Assembly: GCA_963847625.1 (NCBI GenBank)
Contig: CAWKAR010000013.1
Location: 1-64,000 of the forward strand
DNA length: 64,000 nt
Direction: 5' to 3'
DNA from: a candidate division FCPU426 bacterium
GTDB taxonomy: Bacteria; Oederibacteriota; Muellerivitia; Muellerivitales; Muellerivitaceae
Positions 37,296 to 46,458 of the stretch are shown here, in pieces. The position numbers and the translations under genes were made by a program. Positions within the stretch are counted from its first letter, which is position 1. Every line of letters starts with the position of its first letter. The notes beneath the pieces are model-generated. The model did no database searches. It saw nothing but the letters and a program-made list of their open reading frames with translations, and was not told where the DNA came from.

Positions 37296-40200
37296 TCACT
37301 GGAAAGCAGGTGGAGGATTATAGTAAATTTCGACTTCTGGATTCTTATAGATTAAAGGTAAAAACTGCTGGAATTTAGCCAAACCTTCGGGCGGATAGCC
37401 TCCCTTACGGCCCGGGACCCCATTTCTTTCAACTGTTCCAACCATCACTAAACGAACCCCGTAGGCATCCATGTATTTCTTCGCTGTGTCAGCGTCAGTG
37501 GAACGGAATATTTGTTCGGTAGCTTGGAAACGATGGCTGATGTCATTTTCCATTCCAGGCCGACCCGCCACCCATTCCCGCACATGCCCATCCCACCCCA
37601 TCAAAGCGGGAATGCCCGTAAAAATGGAGTACCTGGAACCCCATGAATTGTAACCTTCGCCCACAAACTCGACCAAGCAAGGTTGATCGGGGATATTCTT
37701 GTTTAAAAAATTAATCGCGGCCGCGTCATAAGGATTAACCCGCGGCAAAAAAGATAGCCCATCCAGGGTCGGTGTTTCCGCGTATCCCATCGATTGGATT
37801 CTAAACTGGTTGAAAAATCCTTGGCATTTTCGGTTGGTCGAGGAAACCGGATAGATCGAGACCATTAAAATCAACGCGCACAATAATAATCCCCAAGCAT
37901 AGAAAACCATCCTTCTGCCCGTATCCTTTCGCCCTTCAAAATAAATTGAAAAAACGGCCACTATGATGCTTGAAACCATCACGGGGAATAAAACTTCCGC
38001 GCTAACATCCTCGCCGAATTTTTCAATATAGTTAAAAACCGGCCCGGAACCGAACTTAATCAAGGGCAAAAGGTTGTAAAGGGCAAGAACAATTCCCAGG
38101 GATATGGCGATGATCCGTAGCCATCCCTCCTCCAACCATTCTTCGATATATAACCAGGAAAGAATCCCCCCGATCAGGATCAAGTTTAAAATATATACAA
38201 ATCCCGTGTGCAAGGAAGGCAGGAAACTGTTTAAAACGATCCTCAGCAAAACATAAACAAAAATGCCTGAAACAATCCTTAAAATCCAGCCCGGCAGGGG
38301 TCCCTCTTTCAGCTTTGCTTTTAAAAACCCTTTAAAAAAATCAAACGTTTTTGGAAGGAAAATCCCGCCTGAAATCGCGGCGAGGGTCCAGGCGTTGATT
38401 CCGTATTTGAACATGGAATTATTCCTCATGCCGTTGCCAAAACCAAAATACTCGCTCATGACAAAAACTTCCAAAACCGAGGTTACAAAGAAGAAATAGG
38501 ATACGAGAAGGTAGGAAAAGGACAGGGGCCGGTCCGGCAACACTTTGATGGCCAAGCCCAGATGGAAAAAAGCCAGCAGCCACAACACTGAAAATAGCAA
38601 AAGTCCCAAGGTCGGGGGTAAATCCTGGGTCAGGTGGAGAAAGTGAATCGACATTAAGGAAATCCACAACACCACTAACGCCGCCCATGCCGCCCAAATT
38701 TCCCAACGGTTCTTGAGATACAAGGCAAAACTAATCAAGGCCACGGTCAGAGTTCCCAAAATTTGGGCGACGATGGTCCCGCCGCCGTCCTGGGATTCCG
38801 TCCAATGGATCCAGGAAGCCCCCCAAATTGACATCAGGCAAAAGGCCCCTAATATAAACATCCCTTGAACGGCATTTTGGGGTAAAAGAATGTCGGCGCC
38901 CTTGTCCATCACCGCGTCCAGGAATGCATCCCATTTCCATCTAATCCTTGTTTTACTCCCGACCCACTTGAACAGGCGCGCTCGGTACGCTACGGCGAAA
39001 CTCATCAAAAGAATCGCGAGGAAAAGCCCATAAAAATTGAAATAATTCCACAGACTCGTCCGAATATCGGGTTTCACCCACATCACCTTGTTCTGCTGGG
39101 GATGGAAATCCGCGAAAAAGAAAGGAGCCCACAAAAGGGCCATAGCCAGCAGCGTCCAACCCAGCGCGGTCAATACCCCCAATAGTTGTTTCGAGAAGAG
39201 TTGCGATTTCTTTTTCAAATAGAGCCAAACGATCGGAAACCCGATGCCCAAAATCGCGAAGAATACAAAATAACCCGTGGTTCCGCCCAAAGCATGGGTG
39301 GAAAGCTCGAACCTGAACCCTATGATTTTCCGGGCCAGGTTTTCCAAGCCCGAATTAAGCCACCATCCCAGCAGGGTCAAGGAACTTACGAGAGAAATGA
39401 ACAAAAGGGTCATTCCCTTGGTCAACATGGGTTTCGCCAGGGGGGCCAGGTTCCGCACCATCATGGCAATCCCTAAAAGGATCAACCATGTCGGAATTTC
39501 CCATGTATTCAAGAATGCGATAGCGCCGAAAATAAACCCCGCAGTGACCAGCGTTTTCCAATCCCATTTCCACTTGAAAGGACCTTGTGTATTGGATAAA
39601 TAAATGGAAGCGATGACCCCGATCAACAACATGGCGAACGGCATGGCAAGTGTGTGGGCGTGCATGTCCCCGTAAAGGACGCTGAAATACGGGAACTCAT
39701 TGATGGTTGATCCTTCGTTATTTCCAAATGGAATGACGCGGGTCGGTCCCCAATAGTCATAGCGGAAATTAAATAAGGGCGCCCAAAATTCCGGGAAATG
39801 TTTGAAAAAAATCTCCCAACTACCCGATGCAAAACATTGGTGAAGAGCTTCTAAATGTTGCTTTGCCGCAGCCGGATCTCCCGCAACCGCACAAAGGAAT
39901 CCAGCGATCCACCCGCTGGAAAGCCTGCCAGATAAGGCAAACGCCAATCCAAAAGCACAAGAAAAGATCAAGGCGAATAGAGTGATGAGAGCCAAGTTGT
40001 AAGTCACGGCTGGCGCGAGACCCAAGGTTTTAGTCAAAATACCCATCATCAAATGACCAAAATAAAAAGTGTAACCAATCGGTTCGCCGGCCATCCACAT
40101 ATTCTGTGGTGGAAATGTTTCACCTCGCACGACGGAAGCCAAGAATCCAAAATCCATTCCCGCTTCCCCGCCGCCGTTGTAACCGTCCGAAACCGGGTCA

Positions 40201-43200
40201 TGAATGTGGGAAATAAATAATTTTATAAATGTAAACACTGAAAAGGCGATGATAAAGGCCGTTTCTTGCCTGATCCATGCCGAGCCCCATTTAGCGTAAA
40301 GACTTTTCAAGAAAGCTCTATCACGCCAATAAGCAAAAAGGGATAAAGCCGCCAAAACCAAAAGCCATGCCCAACAACTTCCCAATGTGAAATGTAACAA
40401 CTTTACGCGAGTGAAAAACCAAACCACCCAGGAAAAAACGAGAAAACCAAATACCTTGCTGAGGGAATAAGCCCCCGAACTCAAAGGGGACATGATCCGT
40501 AGTGTCAATGGTAGTGCGAGAATTCCCAGGAGAATCAAAAGCAATAGCCATGAAATCCAAGCCCGCAACTGGTAAAAAAAGGTGTTGAGATTAGCCACTG
40601 GCAGCTTGGGAACATCATTTTCTATATAAGGATGCTGTGTAAATGATTCCAAAATCCTTATGGTTTTAGCGTCAGGCAATCCCGGCATAGTGACCGGCGT
40701 GACAACCTTCATCTGGGGCGTGGGTTGGGAAATCGCCTCTACTGGCGAGGCCGTGTTTTCCTCCTTCGGTTTTTCCAGTTCCCGGGCCTCAGGCTTCACC
40801 GCCAGCGGCTTATTTCCCGCTGGAGTAGCAGCGGCAAGAGCCGTCGGAGCCGATTCATCCAACTGGGCCAGAAGATCCTTAGATTGAAGGTACTGGCGGC
40901 GCTGGGCGATGAAGGAATCAACGTTTGCCGGCGTGATTTGGCGCATCATATCCCGGTTGATGCCTTTTACGTAATCGTCGGTCTCGATCATTTTTAAGAT
41001 GCGGTCTGGGGGGACGTTCTCGAATTTCTTGAATAAATAAACCCGGGGATGGTCATAAACCGAGAAGGATTCTTCGCCGGTTTCATCGGGGTGAGACCAG
41101 CCAAAAAGGGTCGGAAAATTGTGGAACTCAGCCACCATTTTGAAGCCCAGCAGGCCGGACCACAGGAGCCGGTAATATCGGGATGTAACAGGATAGGCGT
41201 TGAAACCATGGGGCCGGAATTCCGGGGTACAGTCGGTCAAGGTGTACCAAAGTTTTTTCGATGAAATGCTGATGTAATCGGCTTGTTGAAAGATATTGGC
41301 GTAATAATTCTTTTTAACCGGGCTGTTATCTGTCGGGAAACCATGCAATTCATAGGGGGTGATGTCCTTCGACCGGTAAAGGCCAGGACTCATGGGCTTG
41401 TCGATTCGCGGGTCCTGTTGTGGGAGCAAATCAACTGGAAGGCCGTCCCCCCAAGCCTCATTCAAGATCGCGGATCCAGGAGGAATATGCTTGTATATCC
41501 AAACCGACGAATCAATCCAAGGATTTAGTGATGAATAGACATGCATATACGCGATGGAATAAAAAAGGCCCCCGCCGAGCACCACCGCCGTCAAAAGCGG
41601 TTTTAGAATATTCGCGGGAAATTTCCACCGGTTAATAAACTCGAAGAAATCCGATAAAAAGCGGGCGCCAAAAATGCAAAAAACCGGGATCAAGGGGACC
41701 ATGTAACGGACAAACTTCGTGTTCCAAGCGCCGATAAACCCGAAATACGGGATGAACCAGCACAAAAGCATTAGATCTGGAAGCGAGAAGGCGAAACTCT
41801 TTCCTTTCAGGAACGGAACCGGCAAAAGGCCGTTCGAAGAAACAGGTTTGAACAGCTTTAACAGGAAACGGCCCAAGACCCAAATCATTCCGATGACAAC
41901 CGTTATACCCAAGGGCCACCAAAGCTCGATGCCCATTAGGTTTTGAAGCTGGTACAAATAACGAAGGGTGTCTTTAAACTGCAATACGTAACAGGCGTCA
42001 GCGATGGAGACAACGTGCCATTCGTAGCCTTGGGACCCCATGAATCCCTGGAAATCCAAAAGGGACCAGGGCGACAACAAGCAGAAAATCAGGGCGGAAA
42101 GCCCGCACGAAGCCGCCAGTTTGATCCAATAGGGTATTTGCGCCCGGAGCACCTTGATTTTGGTAATGCCCCAAAAGAACACCAATAAAGCCAACGCGAA
42201 AAAAATAAACATGAACAAAACCCAGATGTTTGTCCCCTCGGATGTGTTCGACGGGAACAGGTCTTGAAGGACCCCTTTGAACTTATAGCCGACAGCCAAA
42301 AGGACGGCTGAAAGCGCGACTAAAATGGAATAAGCGAGCGGTGAATAATAACTCTCCCCGTATTTCCCCCCTTCCCTCAACCACTCTTTTTCGTTTTTTT
42401 TTGAAAGCAAAAGGAGATGGCCCAGGAAGAATATAAAAACGTAATACAGGGTGCTGGTCTTCGCGGCCATGGAAAGTCCGAAAGCCGCGCCCGTTAAAAG
42501 GTAATTTTTCCAACTCCCCTCGGTATAAATCTTGTAGGAAAGAAGGGCCATCACCATCAACATCAGGGTGATAAAGGACTCGGTGATGCAGTAATGCGAA
42601 TTCTCAATGCTCACTACCGCAAAGGCGAATGAAGCGGCGGCCACCAGGGCCATACCGCTGTTTTTATAAACCCTCTTCACGAATAAAAAGACGCCCAAAA
42701 TAGTCAAAGTTGAAAAAAACGCAGCCCAATAGCGGCCAATGAGCATACATTCCCCATAACCGGTATACTGCGGGCCATTGTGGGGACAGGATGCCAGCAT
42801 GGCCCAAAGGGCAAGGAAAATATTCAATAACCTGCCCCACCGGGAAACCCATCCAAACCAGTTAAACCCTACAAACACAATCAGGATAAAGGCTAAAACA
42901 CCAAAAGCCCTTGCAAATGCATCAGGAAGGATAAAAGGAACAATCCCAAATAAAACGGTAGTTCCCAATGCGATGTTTAATGGCATGCCTGACCATTCAA
43001 TTTCCATGAAAGCGGAAATAAGGTTGGAGAGGCCGAAGGAAACCACGGCGATAAAAACAAAAGACGCGGTTTTAAGGGGTATGTCGTTAATGGCGTTAAA
43101 CCAAATTGAAAAAATATCGAAAAATCTGGGATATAGGAAAAGCGTAATTAAAATAGCAGTGGAACTAATTCCAAAAGCCGCATTCCTGAATTTTTCCCTT

Positions 43201-43589
43201 GAGAAAAACCAAAATAGACCCGCCAATAATGCTAAAAGAAAAATCCAATAAACGGTCTGGGGCCAAATCGGATTTCCCCTGAAAAGGTTCACTACAAATG
43301 AGGGCGGAGAAATGCACTCCCCTGTAGCCCGATAAAGGTATACCGGAAGCTGGCCATAAGCAAAAAATTGGACTCGGTAACCTGTGCTGGCTTGAATGCT
43401 GGCAGTTTGGCCAAGAATATTACGTTCATCCGGATGGAAGGAATGTTGAAAATCCCAATTTAAATTATAAAAGCGGAAAATACCGCCTAAAGCGATAATA
43501 AGAACAATTAAGTAATTTTTTTTAATAAATTCCCATGAATTGGAAATAAACAATGAATAATTCGGTTTCTTTGCCACTCTTTTCCTCAT
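37296..43589 (-). CDS. 2097 aa GT-C (PMT/GT39-like) plus DUF2298 fusion membrane protein
   Basis: N-half FHPDER, FFAYGQLP, KFVRYMVP, EESFSVYDHP; C-half MDFGFL, FPPQNMW, INEFPYFS..GDMHAH. Confidence 0.88.
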   Translation of the reverse strand: MRKRVAKKPNYSLFISNSWEFIKKNYLIVLIIALGGIFRFYNLNWDFQHSFHPDERNILGQTASIQASTGYRVQFFAYGQLPVYLYRATGECISPPSFVVNLFRGNPIWPQTVYWIFLLALLAGLFWFFSREKFRNAAFGISSTAILITLFLYPRFFDIFSIWFNAINDIPLKTASFVFIAVVSFGLSNLISAFMEIEWSGMPLNIALGTTVLFGIVPFILPDAFARAFGVLAFILIVFVGFNWFGWVSRWGRLLNIFLALWAMLASCPHNGPQYTGYGECMLIGRYWAAFFSTLTILGVFLFVKRVYKNSGMALVAAASFAFAVVSIENSHYCITESFITLMLMVMALLSYKIYTEGSWKNYLLTGAAFGLSMAAKTSTLYYVFIFFLGHLLLLSKKNEKEWLREGGKYGESYYSPLAYSILVALSAVLLAVGYKFKGVLQDLFPSNTSEGTNIWVLFMFIFFALALLVFFWGITKIKVLRAQIPYWIKLAASCGLSALIFCLLSPWSLLDFQGFMGSQGYEWHVVSIADACYVLQFKDTLRYLYQLQNLMGIELWWPLGITVVIGMIWVLGRFLLKLFKPVSSNGLLPVPFLKGKSFAFSLPDLMLLCWFIPYFGFIGAWNTKFVRYMVPLIPVFCIFGARFLSDFFEFINRWKFPANILKPLLTAVVLGGGLFYSIAYMHVYSSLNPWIDSSVWIYKHIPPGSAILNEAWGDGLPVDLLPQQDPRIDKPMSPGLYRSKDITPYELHGFPTDNSPVKKNYYANIFQQADYISISSKKLWYTLTDCTPEFRPHGFNAYPVTSRYYRLLWSGLLGFKMVAEFHNFPTLFGWSHPDETGEESFSVYDHPRVYLFKKFENVPPDRILKMIETDDYVKGINRDMMRQITPANVDSFIAQRRQYLQSKDLLAQLDESAPTALAAATPAGNKPLAVKPEARELEKPKEENTASPVEAISQPTPQMKVVTPVTMPGLPDAKTIRILESFTQHPYIENDVPKLPVANLNTFFYQLRAWISWLLLLILLGILALPLTLRIMSPLSSGAYSLSKVFGFLVFSWVVWFFTRVKLLHFTLGSCWAWLLVLAALSLFAYWRDRAFLKSLYAKWGSAWIRQETAFIIAFSVFTFIKLFISHIHDPVSDGYNGGGEAGMDFGFLASVVRGETFPPQNMWMAGEPIGYTFYFGHLMMGILTKTLGLAPAVTYNLALITLFALIFSCAFGLAFALSGRLSSGWIAGFLCAVAGDPAAAKQHLEALHQCFASGSWEIFFKHFPEFWAPLFNFRYDYWGPTRVIPFGNNEGSTINEFPYFSVLYGDMHAHTLAMPFAMLLIGVIASIYLSNTQGPFKWKWDWKTLVTAGFIFGAIAFLNTWEIPTWLILLGIAMMVRNLAPLAKPMLTKGMTLLFISLVSSLTLLGWWLNSGLENLARKIIGFRFELSTHALGGTTGYFVFFAILGIGFPIVWLYLKKKSQLFSKQLLGVLTALGWTLLAMALLWAPFFFADFHPQQNKVMWVKPDIRTSLWNYFNFYGLFLAILLMSFAVAYRARLFKWVGSKTRIRWKWDAFLDAVMDKGADILLPQNAVQGMFILGAFCLMSIWGASWIHWTESQDGGGTIVAQILGTLTVALISFALYLKNRWEIWAAWAALVVLWISLMSIHFLHLTQDLPPTLGLLLFSVLWLLAFFHLGLAIKVLPDRPLSFSYLLVSYFFFVTSVLEVFVMSEYFGFGNGMRNNSMFKYGINAWTLAAISGGIFLPKTFDFFKGFLKAKLKEGPLPGWILRIVSGIFVYVLLRIVLNSFLPSLHTGFVYILNLILIGGILSWLYIEEWLEEGWLRIIAISLGIVLALYNLLPLIKFGSGPVFNYIEKFGEDVSAEVLFPVMVSSIIVAVFSIYFEGRKDTGRRMVFYAWGLLLCALILMVSIYPVSSTNRKCQGFFNQFRIQSMGYAETPTLDGLSFLPRVNPYDAAAINFLNKNIPDQPCLVEFVGEGYNSWGSRYSIFTGIPALMGWDGHVREWVAGRPGMENDISHRFQATEQIFRSTDADTAKKYMDAYGVRLVMVGTVERNGVPGRKGGYPPEGLAKFQQFLPLIYKNPEVEIYYNPPPAFQ

Positions 43590-43691
43590 ACAAATAAATT
43601 AATTAAAAGCTTTTTAGGGAAAAACGCGGGTTAGTATAACGTAAGTTATCGGCAATTAAAACTTTCAAAATACCGCAAGTTTTATAACAGA

Positions 43692-44078
43692 TCACCGGCA
43701 AATTAACTTAAAATCGCCCAAGTTTAAATTGTTACAAAAGACTTTAAATATATATGTTCCTGCCCCTGGCAACATGATCCTCCAAACCGTGATTAGATCA
43801 TGGTAAATGCTATCTTGAAACGATAGCTTTCTAGGAACGCTGTCGGTAATTTTCTCCCCATTAGTGTTAAAAAGACTAATTTCCAATTGGAATTCTCCCC
43901 CTTTTTCGAAGTAGAACCTTGCGAAAGTCACAAATTCAACCCCAAACGGGTACTGGGGAAGATTGAAGCCCTGGAAAACACCCTTCAATTCATAATTCTT
44001 TGTCAAGACATCCTGCATGATGTGATTGCAAAAAAGAAAACCGACTACTTTTGGCAGATTAAAACCAGTGTCATCCAT
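43692..44078 (-). CDS. Small hypothetical beta-sandwich protein (DUF6941-like)
   Basis: FLFCNHIMQD..TK...LKGVF; LPGAGTYIF. Confidence 0.6.
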   Translation of the reverse strand: MDDTGFNLPKVVGFLFCNHIMQDVLTKNYELKGVFQGFNLPQYPFGVEFVTFARFYFEKGGEFQLEISLFNTNGEKITDSVPRKLSFQDSIYHDLITVWRIMLPGAGTYIFKVFCNNLNLGDFKLICR

Positions 44079-44099
44079 GATTCCCTTCCTTGATTTTTC

Positions 44100-44885
44100 T
44101 CAACGCCCTTTCCAATTCAAGCAGGACAACCGAAATGAATCCCGCATCAGCGGAATGTCGGGCTCCACAACTGCGCTAATTTGGAAAAGCCACTTAATAA
44201 AAGCCAGGAAGCTTAAAAATAATACTATAAACCCGTCCATGACAGTTGTTCCCGGCCGGTAATAGGCGATAGTGACCAAATAGTCATTATCGATATTAAA
44301 ACCCAACCGAGCAGAAATAAGAGCGATTTCCTGAGCACAGGAATATTTGACACCAGTATAGTAACCCAATATAGGCCGGAGTGTCCGAACCCTCATGAGC
44401 CGCAACCCCGACTCAACATCCTTATATTTTTTGCCTGAAAGCAAGGAATTTGTAAAAGTGAGAAATTTGTTGCCGATTACTTTATACCGGGGATAGGCAG
44501 AAAAATCCCGCTGCGTTAAAACAACATCAGCAGCTTTTCGCTCCATATATTCGGCGATCAGGGTTATATATTCGGGTTTATGTTGTCCATCGGCGTCTAT
44601 CGTCACGACGATGTCCTCCTCCTTAATTTTCTTTTTTTTGAGTAAATAAAGAACGAATAAAAAGCCTTTTTTCAAAGCGCCAGCCATTCCGCTATTTCCC
44701 GACAAAGTGACGATATAAGTATTCTTTCTTCTTCGGGCGAAATGGCTAAGAATTGCGGGGGTTTTATCGTTTGAGCCGTCATTGACGCAAATGAGTATAT
44801 TTGAATTTGCATCGATTCTAGAAAGGATATTCTCGAGGGTCTTTTCTTCATTATAAACGGGAAGAACCACGATGATTTTCGGCAA
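44100..44885 (-). CDS. Glycosyltransferase family 2
   Basis: LPVYNEE, VNDGSNDKT, IDADGQH, DVESGLR. Confidence 0.92.
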   Translation of the reverse strand: MPKIIVVLPVYNEEKTLENILSRIDANSNILICVNDGSNDKTPAILSHFARRRKNTYIVTLSGNSGMAGALKKGFLFVLYLLKKKKIKEEDIVVTIDADGQHKPEYITLIAEYMERKAADVVLTQRDFSAYPRYKVIGNKFLTFTNSLLSGKKYKDVESGLRLMRVRTLRPILGYYTGVKYSCAQEIALISARLGFNIDNDYLVTIAYYRPGTTVMDGFIVLFLSFLAFIKWLFQISAVVEPDIPLMRDSFRLSCLNWKGR

Positions 44886-45140
44886 GGAAATACCTTTTTT
44901 CCTAAGGATAAAAAAAACCGAAGCTTTTAAGAATTCGGGCTTTCATCATACCACTAAACTAGGAGTTCCTCGTAGGTGGAAGTTAAATCAGTAGTCGGCA
45001 AATGATCCGCATCCTCGAATGGCAGCCTTCCTGGGGCGAATTTTATTTAGCATAGGAGCCATTGTCTACGTCCGTTCCACGTAGGTAGGAAGTATAAATT
45101 CCGACAGTAATTTCCATAAGATACTACTACGCCAATACTT

Positions 45141-45296
45141 TCAAAGAGATTCCCTTGATTCCCGAAGCTTTAATAGTTCCAAGGCTTTATTCTTCTTTGA
45201 AACCTTGATACGAGTTTGCGGTTTTATGGACCATGTTTTCCGTATTTTTCCCATTCTTTCCTTAGATTTAATTTTAATAATCTTTGTTATTTTCAT
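45141..45296 (-). CDS. Small basic protein (51 aa), not in the ORF track
   Basis: MKITKIIKIKSKERMGKIRKTWSIKPQTRIKVSKK...; AAGGTG RBS; IS30 copy 3 sits 20 bp upstream. Confidence 0.5.
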   Translation of the reverse strand: MKITKIIKIKSKERMGKIRKTWSIKPQTRIKVSKKNKALELLKLRESRESL

Positions 45297-45316
45297 TTAA
45301 CACCTTTTTCAATCTT

Positions 45317-46371
45317 CCCGAGTTCCATAAGTAAGTGCAACACTTAGTGTCTGAAGAAGGCCGCATGAATAGGATATGCGGCTATGAAAAAGAAATACAA
45401 GCATTTAAGCGTTGAAGAAAGAGATCATTTATCCGTCTTGAAAGGAAAGGGTCTTAGCCTTCGAGCCATTTCCCGCGCCTTGAAGAGGTCTCCTTCCACC
45501 CTCTCCAGGGAACTCAAGCGCAATGCTCCCCCTATCCGTTCTGGTTATTATCTTTCTCATCGAGCCCATCAACGGTATGTTGACCGCAACCAACAACGAG
45601 CACGCCGTTTACGCCTGAAAACAAAACGAATTCGTGCCTACGTCCGTCGTCAATTGAAACGAGGCTGGTCACCAGAACTCATTTCAGGTCGATTAGGTCA
45701 CCTACGGCCTAAGCAAACCATTGGTCCTGAAGCTATCTATCAGTGGGTTTACGCTGAAGCCACTGAGCTGATTCCTTGCCTAGTTCGACACCACCGGCGA
45801 CGATTCTCATTTGGCCACAGCCGTAAGCACGCCAAAAACCATATCCCAGGCCGTGTTTCCATCGATAAGCGCTCCGAGATCGCCAATCAACGCAAGCAAT
45901 TCGGCCATTGGGAAACCGACACCATGGTCTCTCGTCAGAGTAAAGTGGCTATGCGGGCTCTCGTCGAGCGTCAAAGCCGTTTTTCCAAGTTGGGAAAGCT
46001 CAAACGAAAGACCGCTCGCCAAATGAGTCATAGCCTCAACCGCGCTTTATGCCGCTTCCCTCAAGACGCCCGCTTGAGTCTGACCTATGACAACGGAACC
46101 GAAAACACCAACCACTTGGAAACCAACCACGTGCTTGGTACAAAATCCTTTTTCTGCGCCCCTTTCCACAGTTGGGAAAAAGGTACTGTGGAAAATACTA
46201 TCGGTCTTGTCCGCCGCCATTTGCCTAAAAAGACTGATCTTGCTAAAGTGTCCTTCAAAAAATTCAGGGCCATAGAAAGATGGCTCAATAACAGACCCAG
46301 GAAATGTTTGGGCTTTAAAACTCCGGCGGAAGTCTTCCGGCGAAGTGTTGCACTTACTCCGTGAATTCGGC
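45317..46371 (+). mobile_element. IS30-family insertion sequence, copy 3, with 3 bp target duplication CTT
   Basis: Same IRs; ctt at 45314-45316 and 46372-46374. Confidence 0.96.
45384..46364 (+). CDS. IS30-family transposase
   Basis: Same 326 aa translation as copy 2. Confidence 0.96.
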   Translation: MKKKYKHLSVEERDHLSVLKGKGLSLRAISRALKRSPSTLSRELKRNAPPIRSGYYLSHRAHQRYVDRNQQRARRLRLKTKRIRAYVRRQLKRGWSPELISGRLGHLRPKQTIGPEAIYQWVYAEATELIPCLVRHHRRRFSFGHSRKHAKNHIPGRVSIDKRSEIANQRKQFGHWETDTMVSRQSKVAMRALVERQSRFSKLGKLKRKTARQMSHSLNRALCRFPQDARLSLTYDNGTENTNHLETNHVLGTKSFFCAPFHSWEKGTVENTIGLVRRHLPKKTDLAKVSFKKFRAIERWLNNRPRKCLGFKTPAEVFRRSVALTP

Positions 46372-46458
46372 CTTGCCTTTGTCGCTATTCATTGATTGAT
46401 CTACCTCCTAAAAATGCGTCCCTTATAATCTCTCGAGATATTAAACTTCATATTTAAA